Shown here piece after piece: positions 39,649 to 52,369 of a stretch of 64,000 nt of DNA. The position numbers were made by a program, and so were the translations under genes. This stretch comes from Nymphaea colorata (Eukaryota), in NCBI RefSeq assembly GCF_008831285.2, contig NC_045138.2:42656001-42720000 (forward strand), given 5' to 3'. Numbering within the stretch: the stretch's first letter is position 1; the number at the start of each line of letters is the position of its first letter. The notes beneath the pieces are model-generated. The model was not told the origin of the DNA, searched no databases, and saw nothing but the letters and a program-made list of their open reading frames with translations.

Positions 39649-42600
39649 TGTCACACCCCAACCTTTTGACCCTCAAACAATTTTTTTTTTTTCTAAACAT
39701 AAAGCATTGAGGTGCGACTATACAACAATTCAAAAAAGAGGAGCTATGTCATTTGAAACAATAGGGAAAACTTTCATTTATATAACAATTTCAATTCATA
39801 CAAAGTCACATCTATGTGTATGACCAAAAATGCCCCAAACTACAACTTTGATGCCTAACAAAAATAAGACATCAAAGAGACCAAACCATGACGCGCCGAC
39901 ACTATCAAAGACCCAAAACCTCCCCAGTAAGATGTGAGTGAAGCCATCTAATCAACCTGCTGCCCCGGGTCCATCAAAACCTAAAAAAAGAAACAACTGA
40001 AGTCTTAGCCTTCGCAGTATGACAACAAACCAGGAAAATCCCAAACCCTCTTAGGTAGGGCTCAAATATGAGAATATACAATCATAAAACAAATCACTAT
40101 CATGTCGTGTCAGGGCATAGTCACATCATTGGCCATGAAGGCCCCTCACATAGACTACGACATGTAAAGGCCACTCAATGGCCAAGATAACACCATTTCG
40201 ATTCACGCAGACATCAATCACATACACTTCAACCATAAACTTTTATTCATATACTTTTCATTTCATTAGCTTTAGTGAATTGACAGTTCCTATGGGTACA
40301 AACACAGACACGTGCACACCATGGGCGGCCTACAGCCGAGAGACAACCCTCGTGGTGGCCCATAACAGTATGGATCCATTCATCCACTGCAGCGATAGAG
40401 CACTCATCCATAGATGTGTGAATTCCAAGGAGAGATACTCAGCCTTCCCTAGGACACCCAGGTTGGGAAGGCGGGAGCCCAATACTCCAAGCACATCACA
40501 CAACAGTACCCTGGGGCCTTGCACCGCCTGTGCTCCGTACATGCGAAACCAGTGGTGAAAGCGGGACGTCTTCCAAACACATAGCCACATCCCATTGGCC
40601 TCTCATCTCTTATTCTTTCATTATTATCATTATAATAACACATTCACAAAATGACTGGCTAGCTCATGAGGTTGGTACACTTCACGAGTGCACCCACACC
40701 TTCAATTGCCTCCACACGAGGGCTACACATAACATTAACAGTCTTTGCTAGCCGTCATAACAATATGAGTACAACTACCCTTCAATTCATTCATTTGCAT
40801 TATTACCCACGGCAATGCATATGCATCAATTCACAGTATTCACATTCATAAGCACTCACATCTTATCAAACACATCATTCACATCTTTCAAAACATAGCC
40901 AAATCCCGAAGAGTAGTCTCGATCTGTGAAGGCATGTAGCTGTCCTATGCAATTATCATTCTATGATGCTCTGTAATGCACAATCGGGGTCGAGGAGACA
41001 CTTGATCTGATACCCCACCCCATCTGTCCTAAACAGTTATCAATTCTAGCATGCACATGTAAATGCATAACAATTTTCAAAATGAGCTTCTAATAGCTTT
41101 CCAAAACAACACTTGTCACATGACAAATCATTCACAATATGACTGGCTAGCTCATGAGGTTGGTTCACTTCACAAGTGCACCTACACCTCCAATTGCCTC
41201 CACACGAGGGCTACACATAACATTAACAGTCTTAGGTAGCCGTCATAACAATACGGGTACAACTACCCTTCAATTCATTCATTTGCATCATTGCCCATGA
41301 CAATGCATATGCAACAAATCACAACATTCACAATCACACTCGTCAGTCACATCTTTCAAAACTTAGCTAAACCACGAAGAGTAGTCTTGATCCATGATTG
41401 GTTCGTAACTGTCATAGGCAATTATCATTCTAGGATGCTTTTTAATGCACGCTTGGGGTCGAGGAGACACTCGACTCGATACCCCACCTCATTTGACCTA
41501 CGTAGTTATCAATCCTAGCATGCACATGCAATTGCGTAGTCATTTAACAAAAAACAAAACTAATTACAGACATTCAATCTTATGACATTCATTCAAACAC
41601 ATTACAGTCATTCAATCACATCACAATTTGAGGATACAACGATCCTGAAACACACATTCACAAATTGGCCCTAGGCAGGGATTTACCTGGAATGTCGCCA
41701 TACCTGTCGCGCGTCCACTAAACACCTCGAACTACAACCCACGTTGCTCAAGGCCTACTTGACGTCCCCGGCGTACCTACAAACATAATCAAATGGTAAG
41801 TTCTCTACTCGTTTCGCTTTACAATATATATAAGTAGAAAATATAACTAGTGAGGCATGTCATCGTTTCAAGAGGGTGTCGACGGGTAGTGTCGACCTAC
41901 AAGCCCTCCAATAGGCCTCCTCCCAACTTCTTGACGTTGTCACCAAACGTCAAAACTCAATGCTACAATCAATCCATCATTAACACATTTCTCATTTGTT
42001 TTCTTTAGTTGAGGCGTCTTCCCCGCAATTAAGATTCTCAACATACAACCCATATGTACATCAATAGAAGCCTATTTCTCAAGCTTGCTAAAGCGGTTCT
42101 AAACCTTCACCACAACATCACATCTCTACCATGCTTTCCTATTTACTTCGAAAATCAACCCATCATGCTTGTAAGATCATTGTAGACATGGATCATCGTC
42201 CCTCCACATGAGTCCTAGACCTTCTCCAAAATAGCGACATCTCTAGCATGCCTTCTAAATCATCAATTCTTAATTCTAGCATGCTCAAACAATAATTATA
42301 CGTACTCCAACTGAAAATTTACAACAATCTAAGCTCTATTAGGCCTTGCTCACCTTAAATTTAGTGTCCAAACTGCCGCAATGTTCTTGGCAGCCACTTC
42401 AAACGTTCGATCAAGCGCCAATGACCAAAATTGATCACTTCCTCCACCTCCAACGCGTTCTACCCACCCTTATGAGGGGAGGAACGCGTCCCCAAACTGC
42501 ATCCCAATCCAACAGCCACACACACGAGTAAAAATCAGTGAGAAATAATGCAAGAGAAGGGTCTGCCATAGAATAGGGCCTCCGGCAGAGAGGGAGCTGA

Positions 42601-43153
42601 AGAGCGTAGACAGAGAGTAGGGTCGGGCAAAGAGAGAGAGAGTAGACAAAAGGGGGAAAAGAGGAAGCAGATAGAGGGAGAGCTCTAGCATGGAGAGCGT
42701 GTGTAAAGGGAAGCACTGACATAGAGAGATGGACAGAAGAGAGAGAACGAGAGAGACGAGAGGGCAAGAGAGAATGGAGGTAGAGAGCGTGCAGAGAGAG
42801 AGAAGGGGCCGGAAAAAGGGGAACAACACGGGAGAGGTAGGGAACGGTGCGGTGAAGGGCAAGGGAGAAGAAGGAGAAAGAAAAGACAGGGAAGGACCAC
42901 GTTTCTTACATGTGCACCGCCGCCGCCACCACCATTAACCTTTGTTGCCGCTGCTAAATCCTCCGCCTTCATCTTCTCTGTGCTCTATGCAACCCAACGG
43001 GACGAGAGAGTGAAAAAGAGAGAGACGTTGAAGCAGACGAGGGAGAAAAGGGAAAGACGAGAGAAGGGGCGTCGGGCTCCTCTTCGCGTGGAACTCGGGT
43101 CTAGGTTTGGACCCTGATCCGACCCGACCTGCCCAGAAGTCCATAACGTTACA
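39649..43153 (-). mobile_element. Solo LTR, Gypsy Tekay/Del-like (~3.5 kb)
   Basis: Termini TGTCACACCCC...GTTACA, TSD TGCAC/TACAC (4/5 match), GC/GA-rich block at 42560-43130, no retro-coding domains. Confidence 0.8.
40641..41540. repeat. Direct duplication (~430-bp unit, starts 488 bp apart) within the solo LTR
   Basis: cattcacaa.atgactggctagctcatgaggttgg at 40641 and 41129; both run to tatcaat.ctagcatgcacatg. Confidence 0.9.
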
Positions 43154-43158
43154 TACAC

Positions 43159-46100
43159 AGTAGGGCATTTTTTTTATATATATCTCAAAACAGACTTTCC
43201 TTTTCAAAAATCCGATTTCACAAATGTCATCATTTTTAGGCACGGTGTTTGATATTTGCTATTAAGCACGGTTCCTGACTCAATAGCAAAGAGGCGCATT
43301 TGTGAACACCCAAAATTTTCATAAGTCTGAATGACCATTTTACACTTCACCATGAGGTTTCCAAATTGATTTTCAAAGACAAATTTTCATGAACAAAGGG
43401 TCTTTTTGTAGCTAAACAATCACTTTTTACACCACCATTGAACACTTAGACCCAAACCCCCTCGATTGTCTAGATTAAAAATTACCATTTTGCCTTTGCA
43501 TCCTTACATCCTAACCTAGAAAGTATGAATTTTTCTTCAAACTTTCGAGAATTGTCCAATGTTTGAGCAATTAGATCATTTCTCAACTTTACATGACCTA
43601 GGAGTCCACAGAGTCAGCTCGCTAAAGTTATCCTGTTCTCCATTCAACTCCTTTGTAGCTCAAATCAGCTCACCGAAAATCAAAACTGTAATTGTTAGTT
43701 CAACCAAGTCAAAACAAGTATACCTTAATGAAGAGAAAGTTTTATTTCACATAGTTTGAGTCACCCAGCCCAAGTTTTAGTCATATACTAACTTGCAGTT
43801 TGTTAATGGGCCTTCCTCTTTTTTTTTAGGGGTTTGAGCTCAATATGAGCTTAACCCCGAAGAGTGAGCTAAAACCAAGCTGGGACCATGTTTATCATAT
43901 ACAAATTAAGCTACTTTTAGTTTGGTTTGAGTTCATTCATCCCAGTTCATTCATACTCTAAATTTGAAATGAGAGATGTCAAAGAAATTCAAAATATCAT
44001 ATCATGTTAATGGGACTCTTGATCCAAAGATCAAGGTTAGAAATTTAGTAGATTTGATCTTGCATTTATGATTGGATCTTTTAAGATCCAAATTTGATGA
44101 TTACATGGTTCACAATTCCTATCTTAGGTCCAATCATGTGTGTATCGAGCTACGATTTATGATCCAAAGTTCATTGTTTCAAATCTTTTACGAAATCCAA
44201 GATCTAAGATCCATGATCCAAAATTTAATGTTTGTGATCCAAAATCTGGTATCTATAATATGAGATCCACAACATGAGATTTATGATCCAAATCCATGAT
44301 TCAAGATCCAAAATCAAATGTACTAGAATTGGGGTTACTATCAAGACTTGTATCAGCATAAGGTTCATGATTTGAATCCAATATTTTGAATTAAAATCCT
44401 AGATCCAAATGGGCTAAGGGTAGGCCCATCAAGAGGACTGGGTTCAGTATTACCTAGACTGGGCTTGAACCTACTTGGGATGGTTTTGACTGTAGTAAAT
44501 GTGTTTGGTTTTAGGTAAACCTTCTGGAATTAATATAAACCTCATTGATGGACATATTTTAAATTTGACTAGCTCTAGGCTGTGGGAGTATGTTCATAAG
44601 TAGCAGGCTTTAAGACTGGTCTCGGCTAGGTCTTAGACAGGTGAACTATGTTTGGACTCCATGCCTTCATGACCTAAGGTTTGAAGTCATTTAAAGATTT
44701 TGATTTTAAAAACATTTTAGAAAACTATGATTTGGAAAGGTTCTGATGTGAAGAGCAGATTGGATCTAGGCATTCGTGTGCCTAGGCTAATGCCACAGGG
44801 TATGCTAGTAGGCTGACCCAATCTGCTTTTAGAAAGGTGTGCATGTAGGTAGAAGGTGATCTGGTGCATGTTTAAAGTGAAATGCATGACTAAAAAGAGC
44901 ATAATAGAAATGCTATCTATATGCATGTTTTAAGTAAAAACTAAGTATGCAAGAACATTGAATTCAAAGAGAGAAAGAGGGGTGAGAGGGGTATACCTGA
45001 TCCCTATGCGTACCCTAAAGACATTAAATTAAATCTATCCTAAGAAAGCAAATAAGCTAAACTAAAGCACTACAAAAGCAAATAAGGAAAACCTAGGAAG
45101 GAAGCAAAAATAATACTAAGATAAGCATGTTAATGGAAACCCTAGAAACCTGATTGAGCCCGCTCCCACGACCTCTACACTGAGCCTAGTTGGGTCTAGG
45201 TTAAGTCTCTAAAAATTTAACTTGTTTGAGCTTAAGTTTTTATGAGTATGCAACTAGAATTTTATTAGAATTATAAGTTTTTCAAGGTAGTACTTAATGT
45301 ATGAAGTGGGAGGGGGGCGAACCCACGTTTATCATGGCTTGGGAGAGGAAATTTTTATCTCAAGTTCAATACAGGACTAAACTTCTCTCCTCTCTCACAA
45401 GGACAAACCATAGGTTAAAATGGCACTTAGTCTGTCTCTTGTTCATTGCAATCTCATCTGGACTCTAAATTTGATTCTTCGAGAAGCCATGTATACACAT
45501 AAAGTGCTAATTGATTCTTGACAAAAGATTCAAATTGACATTAAATGTGTAGAATGACTGATGTGAGAATGTCAAAAGGAAAAATACACATTTAAAACCT
45601 TATTCTAAAGTTTCATATGAATCAGAAAAATGTCTAGCCACATATGGATACTAGTTTCGATTCCATTTATGACAAAGTGTTCAACAAAGAATTCCACAGG
45701 TTTCAAATACTTACATGTAAATTGACATTAAGCATGGAGTCAGAAAATTACAATGCATTTTTAAAATATAATGTGCATTAAGCTCACATGTGGATCCTGT
45801 ATCTGGGTTTGATATTGAGAAATAGATCCAAGTTAAGATCCAGAGAAAATTCAAGAAGATAGATCTAGATATGATATGAAAACTTGGATCATCATTTGAT
45901 ATCCAAGATTTGAAATGGGAATAATGGATCTGGATCTATAAAGACAGAGCAATCTAAGACTTGAACAAGAGATCCAAATACAAAAAATGGACTTGACTAT
46001 GAAATCTAGATCATAAATCAGAAATTAAATTGTGAGCTTGGACCTGGCTCGACTTGGGTTACTCAGGTTTAGGTTGCGTGACTTGAATTAGACCTGGGCT

Positions 46101-48180
46101 AAGTTTAGTTTTGAAAACTAGGTTGGGCATAGGATCACTAGGCTCAACCTAGGTGCCTTTTTTTTTTTGGAAAATTAATTTAAATAGAAATTAGGAAGGC
46201 CAAGCTTGGGCTCAGGCCTGCCAGATACATGAAATCTATATGAAAGCTTACTTAGGTTCACGTGGCTTCTAAGTTAGGTTTTATGAAAAATATATGTACA
46301 ATGACACTTGACTGATATAATTTGTGATTAAAAAACTTCAAATTAGGATGCTGGTTTGAACCCAAACTCCAAAAACTCAAAGAAAATCATAAACCAAGTT
46401 ATATGTGGCCTATTTATGTAGAAGAGTATGGCCCAAGAAGGAAATGATTGTTTTGCTCTTGTGTATATTTCTAGAGTTCCAGATGACTTTTCTCAAGCTG
46501 ACTAAACCAGCCTATGGCCAGACTCATAAATAAACTCATTTAATATCTTGTAGAAAATTTCCTTCTGCATTACTCTAGAAAAACAAATTTGTACCAAGTC
46601 ATATGCAAAACGCTTATAAAGGAAATCAATAAAGACCATAAATTTTTTTTTTTTTTTGAAATTTTCGCATGTGCAGCTGATGGTGCTTGGACAAGTTATT
46701 TACTAGTAAGGACATGCTAAAAGATCTAAAAAAATTGCTTTAATTTTGCAAAATTGATCTCAATAGTAATTTAAATATTGTAGCAAGTACTAGCAATGAC
46801 CTCAATGGCCTTCAGAACTTTTTTTTTTTAACACAAACCAGAAGGAATAATCCCTAATTGAACTAAGGAATATTGATTTATAAATGATAAACATAAGCCC
46901 AACTCGGTTTTAGTTAAGTTCAAATTCAGCTCAAACCCCTGCAAATAGAAAAGGGAGAGCACTCAAAGTTGATTTGAACTCAAATCGAGATAAATGAACT
47001 CAAACAACTAAAGAAATCTTGATTTGTACATGATAAACATGATCTCACCTTTGGTTTCAGCTCATCTATATGGTTGAGTTTAAATTCAGCTTTAACTACT
47101 GAAAACAAGAGAGGGAAAGAACTTGGAACTATTGAATTCAAATCGAGATGAATGTACTCAAACTGGACTAAGGAAAGGTTGATTTATACGTGACAAAAAT
47201 GCTCCTAGCTTAATGTGGATTGACATGGTCCCAATGTTACAGAATTGGCAGTGCTTGGTCCTAGTGAACTGACTCTAGTGACTATTGACATTATGTAAAG
47301 TTGGAATGTCCTAATTGCTCAAATGTTGCGCAATTCTCAGAAATTTGGTGAAAATTCCAATTTTTCAGGTCAAGATGACTAGATTCAGGGGCAAAATGGT
47401 ATTTTGAATGGGAAATGTATACTCAATGCTGGTGTGAAATCTACTTGTTTGGTCAAAAGATGATTCTTGTTCTTGAACTTTGATTTTCAAAAATCAATTT
47501 TGAAATTTCATGATGAAGGGTAAAATCATCATTTTCACTTGTAAATTTGTAAGTGTTCACATATTCCTTTCTTTGATACTGAGCTGAGAAACCATGCTTA
47601 GTGGCAAAGATAGAAAATCAACATTGAAATGATGAAACTTTTAAAATTGGACTTTAAAAAAGAAACTCCATTCACACACACACACACATATATTCCCCGG
47701 TGTAAATACTAGTGCAATGCTTGAAAATGTTTGTGAAACCTATGGATTTGAGTGCAAATATTTGTATGCTTGTGTGCATTGAAGCATAGAAAATCTCACA
47801 TAAAATGTGAGTGCTTGTGGAAATATATGTGGTTCTCATACCATAGTACACGAATTCTTATAAAATATTTGTGCTTCTAGTATCATAGTACAAGTGCTTG
47901 TTTGCTTGTACGCTGCAAAGCGCAAAAATAGCACATAAAATGTGAGTGCTTGTGAAAATACTTATGGTTCTTGTACCATAGTACGAGTGTTTGTATGCTT
48001 GTGTGCGCTAAAGCGTGAAAGTCACACATAAAATGTGAATGCTTGTGAAATTGTTTATTAAATTTGATAAAATCTCTTGCTTCTACCTCTTGTATCTTGT
48101 AGGACCTGTATCAGTTAATTCTTGTAAGGTCAACTTTTCAGTCAATGCGATCAAATTAATGTAAAACTATTGTTCTTTTA
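43159..48180. mobile_element. Mosaic of Tat/Ogre-like 3'-internal, PPT and LTR fragments in opposite orientations
   Basis: PPT-like aaagaggcgcatt plus TGTGAACACC at 43288-43310 (+), and its homologue on the minus strand at ~47551-47575. Extended inverted similarity flanks both. Confidence 0.65.
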
Positions 48181-48959
48181 TTTCCAAACAATAAGGCAAG
48201 AAGATTTGCACTCTATGTCATAGGATTCCTTAGTGTGGGATATGTCACTATCTTGACTTCCTTTGTAATCACAAAAAGATTTTCTTTTTTGTCATCAAAG
48301 AAACTTTGACTTGACTGACCTTGGCTTCTTGGGTAGGCATTTTACATATTTTGTTCTTGAGTTTGGTTATTTTTTGATTTTTTCGTTCTTGATATTTCAG
48401 GCCGACCTTCACCTGCATGGGAAATACGTCACGACCTTATAGGCTACTATGAGGTTCAATCCCTTTGATGGACATGTAGCTTTGTCATTTGCGATATCAA
48501 GTCTACCTAACTTTCTATTGAACCCTTCCAATGAGTTTTGGGTTTATTTCCCAGGCTAGTTGGCCTTAAGGTATTAGGTATAAAACACCCTCAAACTTAC
48601 ATGATCAAGCTCAGAAGGTTGTAGAAGGCATAACTAGACTAATTTTCATGGATCACACAAATTCACAAAATAGATGCAAATCAACTTTACACATGCCTGA
48701 TGCTTTCGAGTGCAGATCCAATGGAACAACTACAGTTTCCCTGGGCCCATCTTCTAATACTTGCTTTTATTTCTATTTTGACTATTTTGCTTGGATCAAC
48801 TTAGTCTTTTGTTCTCCATTGATTTTTGATAAGCTCCTATGTTACTAAAGAGTCAAATTCAGTGACATTTCCTAGACTTTCGATTCCTATTTTCTTGAGC
48901 TCTTCTCATGGCTTTTAATATGGTCTTGTCCAAACTTTCATCTTTTTAGACTCTTTCTG

Positions 48960-49640
48960 TCAGCTTCAAATAGACATAAATACTTTTTGGATGCAACAAA
49001 ATACTTTACCAAGTGGGTAGAGGCTATCATTCTCTGAACCATAGAATGAAGACATATGGCTTTCTTCATACATAAAACATTGTCATTTTTGTGTCCCTCA
49101 TGTTGTTGCGTTTGATAATGGTAGTCACTTCAAGAATGAGCGAATGAGGGATTTTTGTACCAAATTCCACACTAAACAATTTTTTTTTTGCCCGTTACTA
49201 CCCTCAAGGCAATGGATAAGCCAAAGCTACAAGCAAAGTTCTCATCTACACCTTGAAAAGAATGGTAGAATAAGTAATGATTGACATGAAAAGATCCACG
49301 ATACACTTTGGGCCTACCGCATCACCATCCGAGCCCCAACTAATGCTACACTATCATAGTATATGGTACCAGCAGCAAAGCCTAAGACAACTTGGCATGC
49401 TAGATGATAGAAGGATGAAAGCAGCCGAACATGTACAGACATACCATGAGTGTGTGGTTCGTCACTTTGCCAGCCCTTCGGTAAACTATTCTTTTATAGA
49501 GCAGGCCCCATGGCAAATGGGCCCCTAATTATGAAGGTCCTTATGTAGTAAAAGAAGTCCTGCCTAGGAACTCATATAGGCTAATCCACACTCAAGGTGT
49601 AGATTTAATAGACATGCTTTGCATCTCAATAAATTATATC
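48960..49640 (+). pseudogene. Tat/Ogre integrase remnant
   Basis: ATKYFTKWVEAI, FDNGSHF, YYPQGNG*AKATSK, LWAYR and KWAPNYEGPYVVKEV. Confidence 0.88.
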
Positions 49641-51269
49641 CACAAATTTTTCTTATAATTCCGATTATAAACATCAACAAAATCATGAAGTCCAACAAAT
49701 TTTATCTTCAACATATGGTGGCCAAATCTATTAACATTCTAATGTATTGCCTTGTACTTGGGCATCATCAATTTGATTGTCACACTCTTTAGAGGTCTGT
49801 GGACACCCTAAATTTGTGCAGGTCAAAAAGGCCAATTTACGTAAATGGAATTTTGAACTCATGAAAGAGTTTCAAATCTAAGGGTTGTGAACTACACTAG
49901 ATCAAATCATCTACTCTAGGCATCAAACACCAGGACTCAAATAACCCCAGGTTATCGCCACCTTCAAAAGTGACCATTCTGCCCTTTGCATTGTAACCCA
50001 TTTTTACTCTAATTTTGCATAACAATAATGAAAACTTGACAATTATTTTACCCAAGATCAATCTAAGTTATTTTCATCTCTACAAGTCACTAGGAACTCT
50101 GAAACAAGTTTACTCGTGTATATTTCATTTTCCCACTATTTATCATCTCCAGAACACCAGCAAACTTGATTTGACCAACAATATGTTCTCTTTTATGTTG
50201 TCAGGGTATTTCTAGCTCCATTTTCAGATTTCAAGCTTGAATTATAGTGTTAGAGCAACCATTTCTAGGAAATAGTACCTCATTTCCCATTTCCACAAGT
50301 TTGATCACCATTTCTACTGGATTCGAGCAAGTCAACTGGAAATGAGTTGGAATCATAATCTCCAGTGCAGGATGTGACTATTCTTACTTTCAGTTCAAAC
50401 AATTCTGTTTGAGATTGAGCATAATTATAGTTTTTCAATCACTGCTAGAGTGTCCCTATTTGGACATTGTCAGTAGTGACTTCTTAAGTAATTTTTGGGG
50501 TATCTATAATGCCAATTTCAATCCAAGCACACAATTGATCAGCGTGACTTTAGGAGTATATTGCTGTTCACTTGTCACAAACAAGCTAGAAATATTTGTT
50601 TTCCATTATGCGCTGACATTTTTATCTATAGAGTCAATTTGAGCTTGGTTAATTTGAAAAAATAAAAATTTTCAATGGAAAATTGAGGATTTTTTTTAGT
50701 CAAACTTAGCACACCCTTAAATTAAACCCAGTCGATGACCTAGTATAGTTAGACTACATGTGTAGCCCTATGAAGCCTAGTTTTGTGCCTAGGGTAAAAG
50801 TGTTATTTGTATTTACATGCATTATTTTTGTATAAACCCAAGTTGAGAATTACATGAACGAAACCCAGGATGTTCCAGTGCCAAGTCTGAGCATAGTAGG
50901 GATGACATAGGATATGAGGATGCTTGCAACTGAGTTCAACAAGTTCAAATCCTATTGAACCTGTTTGACCAAAATTGAACCTAGTTTGACCTATGCCCAA
51001 AAAGTCTGTGCATATTTTTTAATTTGTAAAATTTTGTTGATTCTTTGTCATGCAGGAAATCTAGAAACCAATTTTCAGATCCATCCAAGTTAATTTGGTA
51101 AGGTTTTATCCTCACTAAATAGTCGTTCAATCTGTTTTTTACAAGTTTAGATTTTCGGCATATGTTCTAGTTCTATATCTTTCCAGTCCGAAAAGGTTTT
51201 TAGAAACTATCACTTGGAGTTGATTGTTCCATGTATAAAGAGTCACCCTTCTAAATTTTGTGTTAATTT

Positions 51270-51952
51270 GGGTTGGTATGTTGAACCTAGAAATCCTTGA
51301 GTTGGGTATATTGAACCTACAATTTCTGTCGATTGGGTACATTCAACCAAGGTCCCAAATTCTCTTTCCTCTTGCTGATTGTGGAACCGAAAGAGCTTTC
51401 TCACTATTCTTTGGGTTGGGTGCATTGAACTCATAAATCTTTAAGTTGCATGTGTTCAACCTAGAACTTCTCGCTTGGGTGTGTTGGAGTTCCAAATTGC
51501 CTCCCATCTAAGTTGCATGTGTTGAACCAAAAAAATCCTTTGGCTCTTAGTAGGTTGTAGAACATGTGGAGCTTTTTCATTGTCATTCGGATTTGGTGTG
51601 TTGAAAATAGAAACATCTAGTTTGGGTGTGTTAAACCCTGAACCCCCAAGGTTGGGTACATTGAAACAACATCTTATATTGTCTCTCATCTAGGTTGGGT
51701 GGTTGAACCTAGGAATATATTTCTGTTCCCACTATCCCTTCGGTTGGGTGTGTTGAACTCAAAAATCCCCAGGTTGGGTGCGTTGAACATCGAATCTCAC
51801 TTAGTCTGGTGTATTGAACATGAAAAACTCACATTCTTCAAGTTCAATGCATTTTTCAAACAACTCTGATTGATTCTATAAATTATCTATCAGTTGAGTG
51901 CGTTGAATAAAAAATCCTATCTTCTTTTTTCCAAGTTGGGTGTGTTGAACCT
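51270..51952 (+). repeat. Degenerate array of a ~17-bp motif (gttgggtgtgttgaacc), about 16 copies, in a retrotransposon 3' non-coding region
   Basis: Motif recurs, often ~30 bp apart, upstream of the PPT at 52370. Confidence 0.85.
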
Positions 51953-52369
51953 GAATAAATTTTTAAAACTACTTAACAAACTACAAGTCCTTCCAAGTCT
52001 TCCTCCAAGCTGGTGATTTTTTCTTTCTTTTGGAAAAGTGTCCCTTTTTTTTTTTTCAAAATTCCATCCTTTTAAGCTATAAAGGCCGCAATATTTTGAT
52101 TTTATCCATTTAGGTTAAGGGGTTAAACCTGAGCACATTTTAGAAACTCTAAACATTTAAATTCACTTGTTGGAGCTATAAGAGTCCCAATCCCTTGTTT
52201 CATCCTTTTCAATGTAGGACTAGTCTTAAAACCCTAACCTCGCCTCTCACGTTTAGGCCCAACTTTGAAACTTCTGCCATCATTTTCATACTTCACTAGC
52301 ATTCTCTGTAGAAAATTTAGAGTGTTCTATATTTATTACTAAGAGCTCTCTTACAACCACCTTAGTCAC

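Noticed and set aside
42435..43243. Cluster of Leu/Ser/Pro- or Arg/Glu-rich ORFs
   Set aside because: Low-complexity GA-rich LTR sequence.
51270..51952. CRISPR-like repeat-spacer appearance
   Set aside because: Repeats are short and degenerate with irregular spacing, there are no cas genes, and the context is a plant retrotransposon.
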